Below are positions 40,911 to 50,700 of a DNA stretch of 64,000 nucleotides, one piece after another. The position numbers and the translations under genes are program-made. Numbering within the stretch: the first letter of the stretch is position 1; every line of letters begins with the position of its first letter. The stretch comes from Gammaproteobacteria bacterium (GTDB taxonomy: Bacteria > Pseudomonadota > Gammaproteobacteria > JABABF01): positions 960,001 through 1,024,000 of the forward strand of contig OZ250153.1 in NCBI GenBank assembly GCA_965237805.1, read 5' to 3'. The notes under the pieces were generated by a model. It did no database searches. It worked only from the letters and a program-made list of their open reading frames with translations, and was not told the DNA's origin.

Positions 40911-42269
40911 ATGAGCGTTGCGGTTGCACGGGCGCAGCGCATGCTGTTCGAAGCCTGCGAATACGACCCCGTGCGCGGTGAGGCCGTGCTGCGTTACCGC
41001 TTGGATCGGCAACCCTTTGTCGAGCGCCTGCGTTTTGTCGACGCACCGACGATCGGCGGAGCACGGCTGGCGGCTCTGCGCCATGCGCTGGGCTATCTGC
41101 ACCTCGCTGCCGGAGTCAGCTATTACAAGGCGCTACTGCCGCGGCAGCTGGAGCTGGCGGTCGAGCTGCCATCGGCACGCTGTGCTGCGTTCATGCGTCG
41201 CTTCTACCGCGAGGGCCTCGCCGAGTTCGCATGGCGCAATGGCGTGGATTTAGGCGATGGACCGGCGTTCCCCGCCGGGGCGGGGGGTGCAGCGGCGGCA
41301 ACCCAATCGCCACCACTGCGCCGCCTGACGGCAGCGGCCTGCGGCGGCGGCATCGGCTCCGCTGTCACGCTAGAGGCTTTGAAGCAAGTCAGAGAGCCGT
41401 TGACCGCGATCACCGTCAACTGCCATCCCGCCGCAGAGCATGTGGCCAGCACGGCGGGGGTGCCGCTACTGCGTCTCGAACGGCACTTGGATCCAGCGCT
41501 GAGTGCGCTGAACCGCCGCGGGGCTTGGAACGGCCATGTGCCCATCACTGGCATCCTCAGCTTCGCCATGGTGGCAGCCGCGCTGATCTACGACTTTGAT
41601 GCCATCGCCATGTCCAACGAAGGCTCGGCCGATGAGGGTAATTTCCCCGCCGGAGCCGATGCGAGGGCACTTCAGATCAACCACCAGTGGAGCAAATCCC
41701 AAGCCTTCGAAGCCCCGCTGCGGGAATTGCTGGCGGCCGAACTGTGCCCAGGGCTGGAGTACGCCTCTGTGCTGCGGCCATTTGACGACTTGCAAGTGAT
41801 GCGCCACTTCGCCACAGCACAAGAGATGCAACGCTACCACAGCGCGACACTCAGCTGCAATCGCGCTTTCAGAACGCATAGTACGAACCGACATTGGTGT
41901 GGTGATTGCGACAAATGTCGTTTTGTTTTCCTCGGTTTGGCCGCCTTCATGGGGGCAGAGCAGTTGCTGGGGATTTTCGGTGCCGACCTGTTGGGGCAGC
42001 CCACACAGCGCGATGGTTTCAGGCAATTGCTCGGCCTTGGCGAACACAAGCCTTTCGATTGCGTGGGCACTGTGGCCGAGTGCCGCTCCGCGTTGGCGCT
42101 GGCACGGCAGCAACCAGATTGGGCTGGCCACGCACTGCTGGGAGAGTTGGCGGCCGATTTGGCCACAGCTGGCATCGACCCCGGTTCGGCCGAGCTGCCA
42201 AGCGGTGTCGACCAGCAGGCGCAAGCAGCTTTGCCAACGCGCTGGCGTGTGGCACTGAATACCAGATGA
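40911..42269 (+). CDS. murL: UDP-MurNAc-L-Ala-L-Glu epimerase MurL-like
   Basis: HLAAGVSYYKA, GLAEFAWRN, NGHVPIT, MSNE.SA, NHQWSKS, SCNRAF, WCGDCDKCRFVFL and HKPFDCVG. Directly upstream of a murD2-like gene. Confidence 0.85.
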   Translation: MSVAVARAQRMLFEACEYDPVRGEAVLRYRLDRQPFVERLRFVDAPTIGGARLAALRHALGYLHLAAGVSYYKALLPRQLELAVELPSARCAAFMRRFYREGLAEFAWRNGVDLGDGPAFPAGAGGAAAATQSPPLRRLTAAACGGGIGSAVTLEALKQVREPLTAITVNCHPAAEHVASTAGVPLLRLERHLDPALSALNRRGAWNGHVPITGILSFAMVAAALIYDFDAIAMSNEGSADEGNFPAGADARALQINHQWSKSQAFEAPLRELLAAELCPGLEYASVLRPFDDLQVMRHFATAQEMQRYHSATLSCNRAFRTHSTNRHWCGDCDKCRFVFLGLAAFMGAEQLLGIFGADLLGQPTQRDGFRQLLGLGEHKPFDCVGTVAECRSALALARQQPDWAGHALLGELAADLATAGIDPGSAELPSGVDQQAQAALPTRWRVALNTR

Positions 42270-42285
42270 GCGCGACAGCGGCGAA

Positions 42286-43695
42286 ATGAGCCGCTCCCCG
42301 CTGCGACTCGTCGAGCTGATGGATCGCCGACTGGCGATCTGGGGGCTGGGGCGCGACACCACTGCTTTGCTGCGATTGTTGCGCCAGCGCGGACTGCGCC
42401 AACAGGTCACTGTATTCGATGCACAGCCGCCGCATCTCCAAAGGCAAGGGCAATTGGAGGCAGCGCTCGGCCCGCTCAGCTTCGCCGCGCCGCCAACACC
42501 CCCGACGGAGGCCTTGGCCAATGCAGAGATCCTGTTGAAAGCCCCCGGTGTGCCGTTGCACAGCGGGGCCTTGCGCGACACTTTGCGTTGCTGTCCGCAA
42601 CTGCGCCTCACCTCGCCCTCTTCGCTGTGCTTGGCCGAACCCGGCGTCGCCTCCGCCGCCATCGGTGTCACCGGCACCAAGGGCAAGAGCACCATCGCGG
42701 CTTTATTGCATCACGCCCTGCGCGGCCTCGGCGCGGATGCCCAACTGGGCGGCAACATCGGTACACCGCTGGCAGCTCTGCTGGAGGGAGCAAGCACGTG
42801 TGCCGACACGCTGTGGGTAGTGGAGTTATCCAGCTACCAGATCGCCGATCTGGAAGTGATGCCCCGCATCGCCGTGCTCAGCAATCTGTCGCCAGCTCAC
42901 CTGCCATGGCACGGCGATGCGGCACGCTACTACCAAGATAAATTGCGCCTGCTACGCCCGGCACCTGGCCGCATCGTCCTGCTCAATGCGGGCGACGCGA
43001 CGACGCGGCAACTGTGCGCCGACTGGGAGGGTGTGCGCTACTACCAAACGGCACGCGGTGCCCACACCCGGGGTGGGCTACTGTGGCACAACACGCAGTG
43101 CCTCGGCGCGCCCCCCCCGACCCTGCTCGGTCGCCACAACCTGCTCAACGCCTGTGCCGTGTTGGCAGTGCTGGAGGCACAGGGACACGAGCCGCAGAGA
43201 GCTTGGCAGGCGCTGGCCGATTATCCGGGTCTGCCACACCGCCAACAGCAGCTGGGGCAACGCGGGGGGCACCACTATGTGGATGACAGCGCTGCCACCG
43301 TGCCGGAAGCCAGCATCGCCGCGCTACGGCATTTTCGCCGATGCCACAAACAGCCACTAACACTGCTGGCTGGCGGGCAAGAAAGCGGTCTAGATTATCT
43401 GCCGCTGGCACGCGAGCTGGGGCGACGCAGCGGTGATACCGTGATCACCATGTACGAGGGTGGCGAAGGGTTGCGGGTCGCCTTGGCGGCAGCAGTGGGC
43501 CATGGGCAATGCCATGCGGGGGTGGCAGATTTGGCCTCGGCGCTGGCACGGGCACGGGAACTGACGCCAGAGGGCGGGCTGATCCTGCTATCGCCCGGAG
43601 CGCCAAGCCGGGATGCCTTCGCCAACTACCGCGAACGAGGGCGGCTATTTCAGACGCTGGCGGGCTTCGACCCGCTGCCCGAGGACGCGGGCTGA
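42286..43695 (+). CDS. murD2: UDP-MurNAc-L-Ala:glutamate ligase, MurD2-type
   Basis: TGTKGKST, GGNIG, ELSSYQ, LPHR, DDSAAT and LSPGAPS..F.NY.ERG. Coupled to murL. Confidence 0.8.
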   Translation: MSRSPLRLVELMDRRLAIWGLGRDTTALLRLLRQRGLRQQVTVFDAQPPHLQRQGQLEAALGPLSFAAPPTPPTEALANAEILLKAPGVPLHSGALRDTLRCCPQLRLTSPSSLCLAEPGVASAAIGVTGTKGKSTIAALLHHALRGLGADAQLGGNIGTPLAALLEGASTCADTLWVVELSSYQIADLEVMPRIAVLSNLSPAHLPWHGDAARYYQDKLRLLRPAPGRIVLLNAGDATTRQLCADWEGVRYYQTARGAHTRGGLLWHNTQCLGAPPPTLLGRHNLLNACAVLAVLEAQGHEPQRAWQALADYPGLPHRQQQLGQRGGHHYVDDSAATVPEASIAALRHFRRCHKQPLTLLAGGQESGLDYLPLARELGRRSGDTVITMYEGGEGLRVALAAAVGHGQCHAGVADLASALARARELTPEGGLILLSPGAPSRDAFANYRERGRLFQTLAGFDPLPEDAG

Positions 43696-43734
43696 GCTGG
43701 CGCGAGCCATCCCGTCAAGCCTCCGAGCTCGGGC

Positions 43735-45666
43735 TCAGGATGTGGCTGTGGCATCCTGCAGCCATTGGGTCTGTGCCCCGTCGGCGAGATGGCCACTCTG
43801 CTCTAGCCAATGGCGCCGCTCGGCGACTCGCTTAGCGCCGAGCAGACAGTCGAGCAGAGAGTCGGTCTCGTCCTCGTCCGCCAATGTCAGCTGGATCAGG
43901 CGACGGCTGGTCGGCAACATAGTCGTCTCCCGCAACTGAGTCGGATTCATCTCTCCCAAGCCCTTGAAACGCTGCACATGTATCTTCGCTGCAGGCGAGC
44001 GCTCTCGCAGACTTGCCAAAATGTGGTCGCGCTCAGATTCGTCGAGCGCGTAGCGCGCCGCATTGCCAATGTCGATGCGAAACAGCGGCGGCATCGCCAC
44101 AAAGACATGGCCGGCGTCGACCAACTGCCGGAAATGCCGCAGGAACAGTGCGCATAGCAACGTGGCGATGTGGCGACCATCGGGGTCGGCATCGGCAAGG
44201 ATGCATACCCGCCCATAGCGCAGGCCATCGAGCTGTCCCCCACCAGCTTCGATGCCCAAAGCGATGGTGATATCGTGGATTTCTCGTGACTTCATCGCGC
44301 TGACTGCGTCCAGCTCCCAAGTGTTGAGGATCTTGCCCCGCAATGGCAGGATGGCTTGGAACTCTCGATCCCGCGCTTGGCGCGCCGAACCGCCAGCGGA
44401 GTCGCCCTCGACCAAAAACAATTCGCTGCGCGAGCGGTCGGCACTGGCGCAATCAGCCAGCTTGCCGGGTAGCGTCACGCCTCCGCGCGGGCGCTTGAGC
44501 GCCGCCGCCCGGCTGAGACGGCGGCGCACTTGGGCGCGCTCCACCGCCAGCGCCGCCAATTGATCGCCCGCTTCAGTGTGTTGATTGAGCCACAGCGCCA
44601 AGCTGTCGCGCACGGCACCGCACACCAACGCGATGCAGCTGCGGGTGGCGCAGCGGTGCTTGGTCTGCCCGCTGAATAGCGGTTCTGGAATGCGCACCGA
44701 CAGCACATAAGCCAAGCGTGCGCTGACATCCTCGGTTTTCAACTTCAGGCCGCGCGGCAACAGCTTGCGCAGTTCGCAATACTCGCGCACCGACTCGAGC
44801 AAGCCGGTGCGCAGACCGCTGACATGGGTGCCACCCTCTGGGGTCGGCACCAAATTGACATAGCTTTCCATCAAGGGCTCGACACCATCGTCCATCACCC
44901 ACTGTAGCGCCCAATCAACATAGGCCTGCCCATCTGCCGCCGCATGGTGCCCGACCAGTGGCTCCGACGGCAAGGCCGCCGACCCCACCGCCCCGGCCAG
45001 ATAGTCACAGAGGCCATCACGGTAGCACCACTGCTGGCGCTCGCCACTCGCTTCCTGGAGCAAGGTGGTCTCCAAGCCGGGGCACAAGACCGCCTTGGCT
45101 CGCAATAGATGGCTGAGCCATGCGGGATTGATCTGCGCCGTGTCGAAGTAGGACGGATCTGGCAGGAAACGCAGCAAGGTGCCCGTGGTGCGCGCCCCGC
45201 AATCGTCTACTCGTTCGAGTTCCGAGCGCTTCTCGCCATTGCCATAGCGCATGTGGTAAACACCGCCTCCGCGCCACACGGTGACATCGAGCTCCAACGA
45301 CAGGCCGTTGACTACCGACACGCCGACGCCATTGAGCCCCCCCGAGAAACGGTAGTGACGATCCGAAAACTTGCCACCAGCGTGCAGAGTTGTCAGGATC
45401 AGCTCGACACCGGAACATTGCTGCTCTGGGTGCTGATCGACTGGCATGCCGCGGCCATTGTCGCGCACCGACAGACTGCCGTCGCTGTGCAGCGTCACCA
45501 GAATGCGGCTGGCATGGCCCGCCAGCGCTTCATCGACTGCGTTGTCTATCACCTCTTGGGCAAGGTGGTGCGGCGAACGCGTATCGGTGTACATACCGGG
45601 GCGCTTGCGCACCGGTTCCAGCCCCGTCAGCAGCTCGATGGATGCCGCATCGTAGCTGTCAGTCAT
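43735..45666 (-). CDS. parE: DNA topoisomerase IV subunit B
   Basis: GLEPVRKRPGMYT, EVIDNAVDE, VEGDSAGGSA, PLRGKILNTWE, DADPDG.HI and RFKGLGEMNP. Confidence 0.95.
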   Translation of the reverse strand: MTDSYDAASIELLTGLEPVRKRPGMYTDTRSPHHLAQEVIDNAVDEALAGHASRILVTLHSDGSLSVRDNGRGMPVDQHPEQQCSGVELILTTLHAGGKFSDRHYRFSGGLNGVGVSVVNGLSLELDVTVWRGGGVYHMRYGNGEKRSELERVDDCGARTTGTLLRFLPDPSYFDTAQINPAWLSHLLRAKAVLCPGLETTLLQEASGERQQWCYRDGLCDYLAGAVGSAALPSEPLVGHHAAADGQAYVDWALQWVMDDGVEPLMESYVNLVPTPEGGTHVSGLRTGLLESVREYCELRKLLPRGLKLKTEDVSARLAYVLSVRIPEPLFSGQTKHRCATRSCIALVCGAVRDSLALWLNQHTEAGDQLAALAVERAQVRRRLSRAAALKRPRGGVTLPGKLADCASADRSRSELFLVEGDSAGGSARQARDREFQAILPLRGKILNTWELDAVSAMKSREIHDITIALGIEAGGGQLDGLRYGRVCILADADPDGRHIATLLCALFLRHFRQLVDAGHVFVAMPPLFRIDIGNAARYALDESERDHILASLRERSPAAKIHVQRFKGLGEMNPTQLRETTMLPTSRRLIQLTLADEDETDSLLDCLLGAKRVAERRHWLEQSGHLADGAQTQWLQDATATS

Positions 45667-45761
45667 AGCGGGACGCTCCAATAAGGTGGGGCGCACCACG
45701 CCGCAAGGTCAAGAGAACGCTCGTGGCCAGCACCGTGCCCCGGCAGCGGAGCCCCCAACTA

Positions 45762-46655
45762 TCAGAGGGCGGCGATGCGCTCGAAGAAAGGCGGAAAATC
45801 CTCTGGCGCACGCACATACATATAGGGCAAAAACTCGATGTGCGTGGCACCGGCCTCAACTAAGGGCTCCACCACTTCCTCCACGCGATCGAGATCCGGC
45901 TCGCCCTGAGCATTGAGCGCTGGTGGCGCAACCGCACGCACGCACAATGTGGACGGGTCTCGGCCCGCGGCTTCAAAGGCTGCGCGGATCAGGGAACTGC
46001 CCTCCCTGATGAATTTCCGGCTACCTTTGATCGGCACCCAACCATCGCCAAATTCGGCGATACGACGGGCATTTTCCTCCGTCGGACTGATGCCAAACCA
46101 CAGCGGCACCCCGCCCTCCTGCACTGGCAACGGCAGGCTGTAGAGTTGCTCGATATTGACTGTCTCGGAGTGGAAAGTGACTGGTGACCCGCTCCACAGC
46201 GCACGCATGGCCCGCACTTGATCGTCCAAGCGCGCCAAGCGCCCTTCGAAGGGCAGGCCACAAGCATCGTACTCCTCGCGTTGCCAGCCAGTGCCAACGC
46301 CGAGGTCTAGACGCCCGCCCGACAGCACATCGAGCGTGGCCGCCATCTTGGCCAACAGAGCGGCCGGGCGCAGCGGGGCGATCAACACCCCAGTGGCGAC
46401 GCGCACACGGCTGGTGCAGCCAGCGATCATCGACATCAGCACCATCGGCTCGAACCACGGATATTGCGGTGCCACTGGGAAGTCGCCGAAAGGGTAGACG
46501 CCTGTGTTCTCGCTCATGATCACATGGTCGGTGAAATTCAACTGGTCGATGCCCGCCGCATCAGCTTGGCGCGCCAAGTCCAGCAGCTTTCTGGGATCGC
46601 CGCCAGCAAGATCATGCGTTCCCCACATGCCAATACTCTTTTTGTATGTCGCCAT
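45762..46655 (-). CDS. LLM-class (luciferase-like, putatively F420-dependent) oxidoreductase
   Basis: DHVIM, LAKMAATLDVLSGGRLDLGVGTGWQREEY and RRIAEFGDGW. Confidence 0.8.
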   Translation of the reverse strand: MATYKKSIGMWGTHDLAGGDPRKLLDLARQADAAGIDQLNFTDHVIMSENTGVYPFGDFPVAPQYPWFEPMVLMSMIAGCTSRVRVATGVLIAPLRPAALLAKMAATLDVLSGGRLDLGVGTGWQREEYDACGLPFEGRLARLDDQVRAMRALWSGSPVTFHSETVNIEQLYSLPLPVQEGGVPLWFGISPTEENARRIAEFGDGWVPIKGSRKFIREGSSLIRAAFEAAGRDPSTLCVRAVAPPALNAQGEPDLDRVEEVVEPLVEAGATHIEFLPYMYVRAPEDFPPFFERIAAL

Positions 46656-46707
46656 CTTCGTGTCCTCGCTGTCGTGTTGCGGATGCTCTATGTGCGCTGC
46701 CAGTGTG

Positions 46708-47145
46708 CTAGACCGCACCGTCCCCGATCTCGGCGACCGGACGCTGACCGCCGCAGAGTATCTCAGTGACCAGCTCTGTGTCCATGTACTCTTTGAGGCG
46801 CAATAATTTCCTGCGCCGGAATTCGAGCAGGAAATGGTAATGGTTGTTGTACAGCTTCCCCGAGGAATGGCGACCGCGAGACTCGGCCTCCACCGCCACC
46901 CGATCGCCCTCGGCGGTCATGGCGTGAATGGTGAAGTCCAAGCCTTCGGGGAAAGCCTCCAACACGGCACCAGCACCAGCGCGGATCTGCTCCTTGCTCA
47001 AGGTGCCGGAGATCAGGGTGCGCCCGGAAGTCCAGCAGCTGCCATCCTCATCGTAGGCATCGACAATGGCTGCCACATCACCGCGACTAAGCGCTTCAAA
47101 AAACTCCCGCGTCAGGCGTCGGTTGGTGTCTTCCAGCGTGGACAT
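46708..47145 (-). CDS. NTF2/SnoaL-like protein
   Basis: TAEGDRVAVEAESRG, YNNHYHF and KEYMDT. Confidence 0.8.
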   Translation of the reverse strand: MSTLEDTNRRLTREFFEALSRGDVAAIVDAYDEDGSCWTSGRTLISGTLSKEQIRAGAGAVLEAFPEGLDFTIHAMTAEGDRVAVEAESRGRHSSGKLYNNHYHFLLEFRRRKLLRLKEYMDTELVTEILCGGQRPVAEIGDGAV

Positions 47146-47237
47146 GATGGCCTAGTCTGCAAACCCATTGATTGCCCGCAATATAACACAAAGTGATGGG
47201 GCAATGGCGGCCATCAGAAACCGGTCGCACGGTGCAT

Positions 47238-47675
47238 TCAACTCGATGGTAGTGGCGGCGCACCCAAACCCAATGGCTGGCCGTAGCTGAACTCCACATG
47301 GTTGCCATTGGGGTCGCGCAACCCGCAGTAATAACCGACCGGGAACGGCTCCTGTCGCGGCGCCCAGATGAGGCAACCAGCGGCGGTGCCGCGCTCGGCG
47401 ACGGCGTCCACTGCCTCGTGCGACGCCATGGCGAAGCCAAAATGGCGGTAATCATCTGCTGGCAACGCCAAGTCCCGCCCTCCATCCATCAGCACAAAGA
47501 CCATGTCGCGCTCGCGCTTGGGCTCGGCGAGCCAGACGATGCGCTGGTGCCCGGCGCGGCGCTGGTGTACAACCCGCAAGCCGCAGAAATCCCGGTAGAA
47601 AGCGAGGCAGGCCGACAGATCGCGCACATGCAGCGCCAAATGTGTCAGACGCGGCGTGGCATGGGAGGGGGGCAT
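47238..47675 (-). CDS. VOC/glyoxalase family protein
   Basis: THLALHV, HFGFA and DPNGNHVEFSYGQPLG. Confidence 0.85.
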   Translation of the reverse strand: MPPSHATPRLTHLALHVRDLSACLAFYRDFCGLRVVHQRRAGHQRIVWLAEPKRERDMVFVLMDGGRDLALPADDYRHFGFAMASHEAVDAVAERGTAAGCLIWAPRQEPFPVGYYCGLRDPNGNHVEFSYGQPLGLGAPPLPSS

Positions 47676-47773
47676 CTCTAGCTATCCCGCTCGGCGGCGC
47701 GGCAGCTCAAACTGTAGGGTCAAACATGGCACCAGGTCAAGGCCGCCCAGCACGGCGGCTGGCCGCCAGCGAA

Positions 47774-50700
47774 CTAGTGGTACACCGGTGTCAGGTCGGC
47801 GTAGCCCGCCTTGACCCCCTTGGGCTTGAACAGCCGGATGTGGTCTATTTTCATGTAGATGGGGTCGAGCCCAGTATGCAAGTGAGCAGCGGGCATATTG
47901 AGGCGCAGGAGCAATGGGGAGTGGGGGATGCCGCATGTGATGTAGGGGTTGCGATTGACGCTGTGCGGATATTGATTGCACTCCACTCCTATAGGATTTG
48001 GATGAAATTGATTGCTGCCATTATTGATGAACTTGCCGTTAAAAAAGAATTTGTAGCCCGCTGGCGTTATCTCGTAACCCATTTTGTATGATTTCTTGGT
48101 GGCCGGATCGTTATCATTGATGCCCCATTTCTGGCCGTAGACCCGCGTGGCCCCTGCAATGGGCCAAGACCACGAGTCGCCCAATGCGACCGCGTCCGCT
48201 CTGCCTACCGCATCTAGCCCCCCGAGATGGTTGACTAGGAACTGTAAGCCCCCTCCGCTCCCGCCAGCAGTATATATGGTTGTTTCGTGATTTTCAAAAA
48301 GATCCACCTCGGTTCCTTGCAGCTCCAACTGCTCGCGCGCCGTGTTCGGGAACATGAAGACCGGCATCCCCACCATCGCGGTGGAGTTTGGCACCGAGCG
48401 TTGCGCCGTGCTGCCCGCAGCCCCCTCAGCCAACCAGTAGGCCCTTACGTCAGCTCCCACAACAGCTGGATAGCGCGCATGCAAAACAAGCCCCGAAGCG
48501 GGCGTGTCCGAACCATAGACGATCGGCGCTTCCATGGCTGGCAGGGTGTCCGCGACCTGCACTTCGAAGTAGCCGTATTTGAACTCCACCTCGCTGGCGA
48601 GAGTGGCCGCAATATGTGAGCAACCCGCCGTCTGAGTGCTGGTGCAGGGCAATGCGGAATAGCGAGGGGGACGCCGCGCCACGCCCAGCCACAACTCGCC
48701 GTCCCGCACATCCAGCGCACGAGTCCATGCCGTCGGGTAAAGTTGCTCAATCAATGCGTGCCGATCGCCATACCGCTCCTCATACCATGCTGGCAGCAGG
48801 CCGATGCGCCGCAGGTATTCGATGACGGTTTCGGCCTCCTCGTCGTAGTCGTTGAACTCTGCAGACCACACCAGTTCGTAGTGCTCTTTGGCATAGCTGA
48901 GCCCGGACTGCAGATCGGCGAGGATGGCTGCCCGCTCGGCATGGTCCAGCGCTGAGCGCCGGACATCCAGCGCTTCCGGCATCCACGCCCGCATCCAGCA
49001 TTGCCGCTTCTCTGCCCGGCTCATCTGGTCGAAGGCCGCCGATACCATGTAGGGTGAGTGCGACGCGCAGGGATTCAGACTGAAACTGCCAACAAAGGCC
49101 AGTGTGCCCTCCAGCACCGCATCCTCGTAAACCAACCGCAACGACAGCTCCGCGCCCCTCAGCAGCTGCTGTTGCGAGGCCGTCAGCGTCGTATCCGTCC
49201 AGATGCCCCCTTGCCGATCGATCCGGAAGTGGAAGGTCTGCCCCCCTCTCGTCAACTCCGCCACCATCAACTCCCAACGGAGCGGCGCACGCTTCACCTC
49301 ATAGCGCGCCAGCAATCCAGTGATATCCGAGGCGGCTGGCAAATAGACGCTTTGCCGCATCGTGTGAAACTCGGAGTAGGGCGAGTCCTTCACCGTGATC
49401 AACAGTTCGGTCTCCACCACTTCCGAGCTGTTAGCCACCCGCAAGGTCACGCGGTGCTCTCGCCACTGCTCGTAATCCAACTCCCCCTCAATGCGCAGCC
49501 AATGGCTCTCCCCTTGCTGTTCGATACTGAAAGCCGTCGCAGGCAGCGCCGACTCCACCGATCCCAGCGACCAGCTCAACTCGTCGCCACCCGCATCCCA
49601 TGCCAGCAACGGCCCGCAGCGGCGCACCGCAGACTCGCCATCGCGCTCCTCAAAAGCACAGCTGGTCGGCCCTGAGTAAACCGGTAGCGCATGACCGTCA
49701 TCCAGCACCCGCAGCAGCAACCGCTGTTCGGCAGTCTCGCCCCAGCGATCGGTCACCGTCAGCACCAAGCGGTGTAGAGAGGACTCCTCGTAGTCCAGCC
49801 GCCCCGCTATCTGCAGAGCCGCCGTCTGATCCGCTGTACTCACCGGCACCACCGAGAAAGCGCCAGCCCCCAACACCGAATCCTCCACCGCGACCGAGAA
49901 ATGCGTGTAATCCAAGGACGCTGGCCAAGCGTCCACCGCGCTCAGCCCCCCGACGACGGCAGTGCTCTGACCCGCCCCTTCCAAGACGGAATACTCTGTC
50001 CAACCGGTGTAGACCGGATCGGGGCGGTCGCGCACAAGTAGCAGCAGTGAAACCTTGGTGGGCTCCCCCTGCGCATCGGTCACCGTCAGCACCAAGCGGT
50101 GCTGCGAGGACTCTTCGTAATCCAAGGCCGGCGAGGCCTTCAGATAGGGGGTGAACTGATCGCCGCTCCACCGCACGATCGTGAAGCCATCAGCCGCCAG
50201 CACCGAGTCCTCCGCCACGACCGAGAAATGCGTATAGCCCACAGCCGCCCCAGCCGCATCCTGCGCCGACAGCCCGCCAATCCAGCGCGCTCCCTCGTCG
50301 ACAGAAATCTCTGTCAAGCCGGTATAGACCACCGCCCCGGGGCGGTCGAGTACCCGCAGCAGCAACCGCTGTTCGGCAGTCTCGCCCCAGCGATCGGTCA
50401 CCGTCAGCACCAAGCGGTGTAGAGAGGACTCCTCGTAGTCCAGCCGCCCCGCTATCTGCAGAGCCGCCGTCTGATCCGCTGTACTCACCGGCACCACCGA
50501 GAAAGCGCCAGCCCCCAACACCGAATCCTCCACCGCGACCGAGAAATGCGTGTAATCCAAGGACGCTGGCCAAGCGTCCACCGCGCTCAGCCCCCCGACG
50601 ACGGCAGTGCTCTGACCCGCCCCTTCCAAGACGGAATACTCTGTCCAACCGGTGTAGACCGGATCGGGGCGGTCGCGCACAAGTAGCAGCAGTGAAACCT

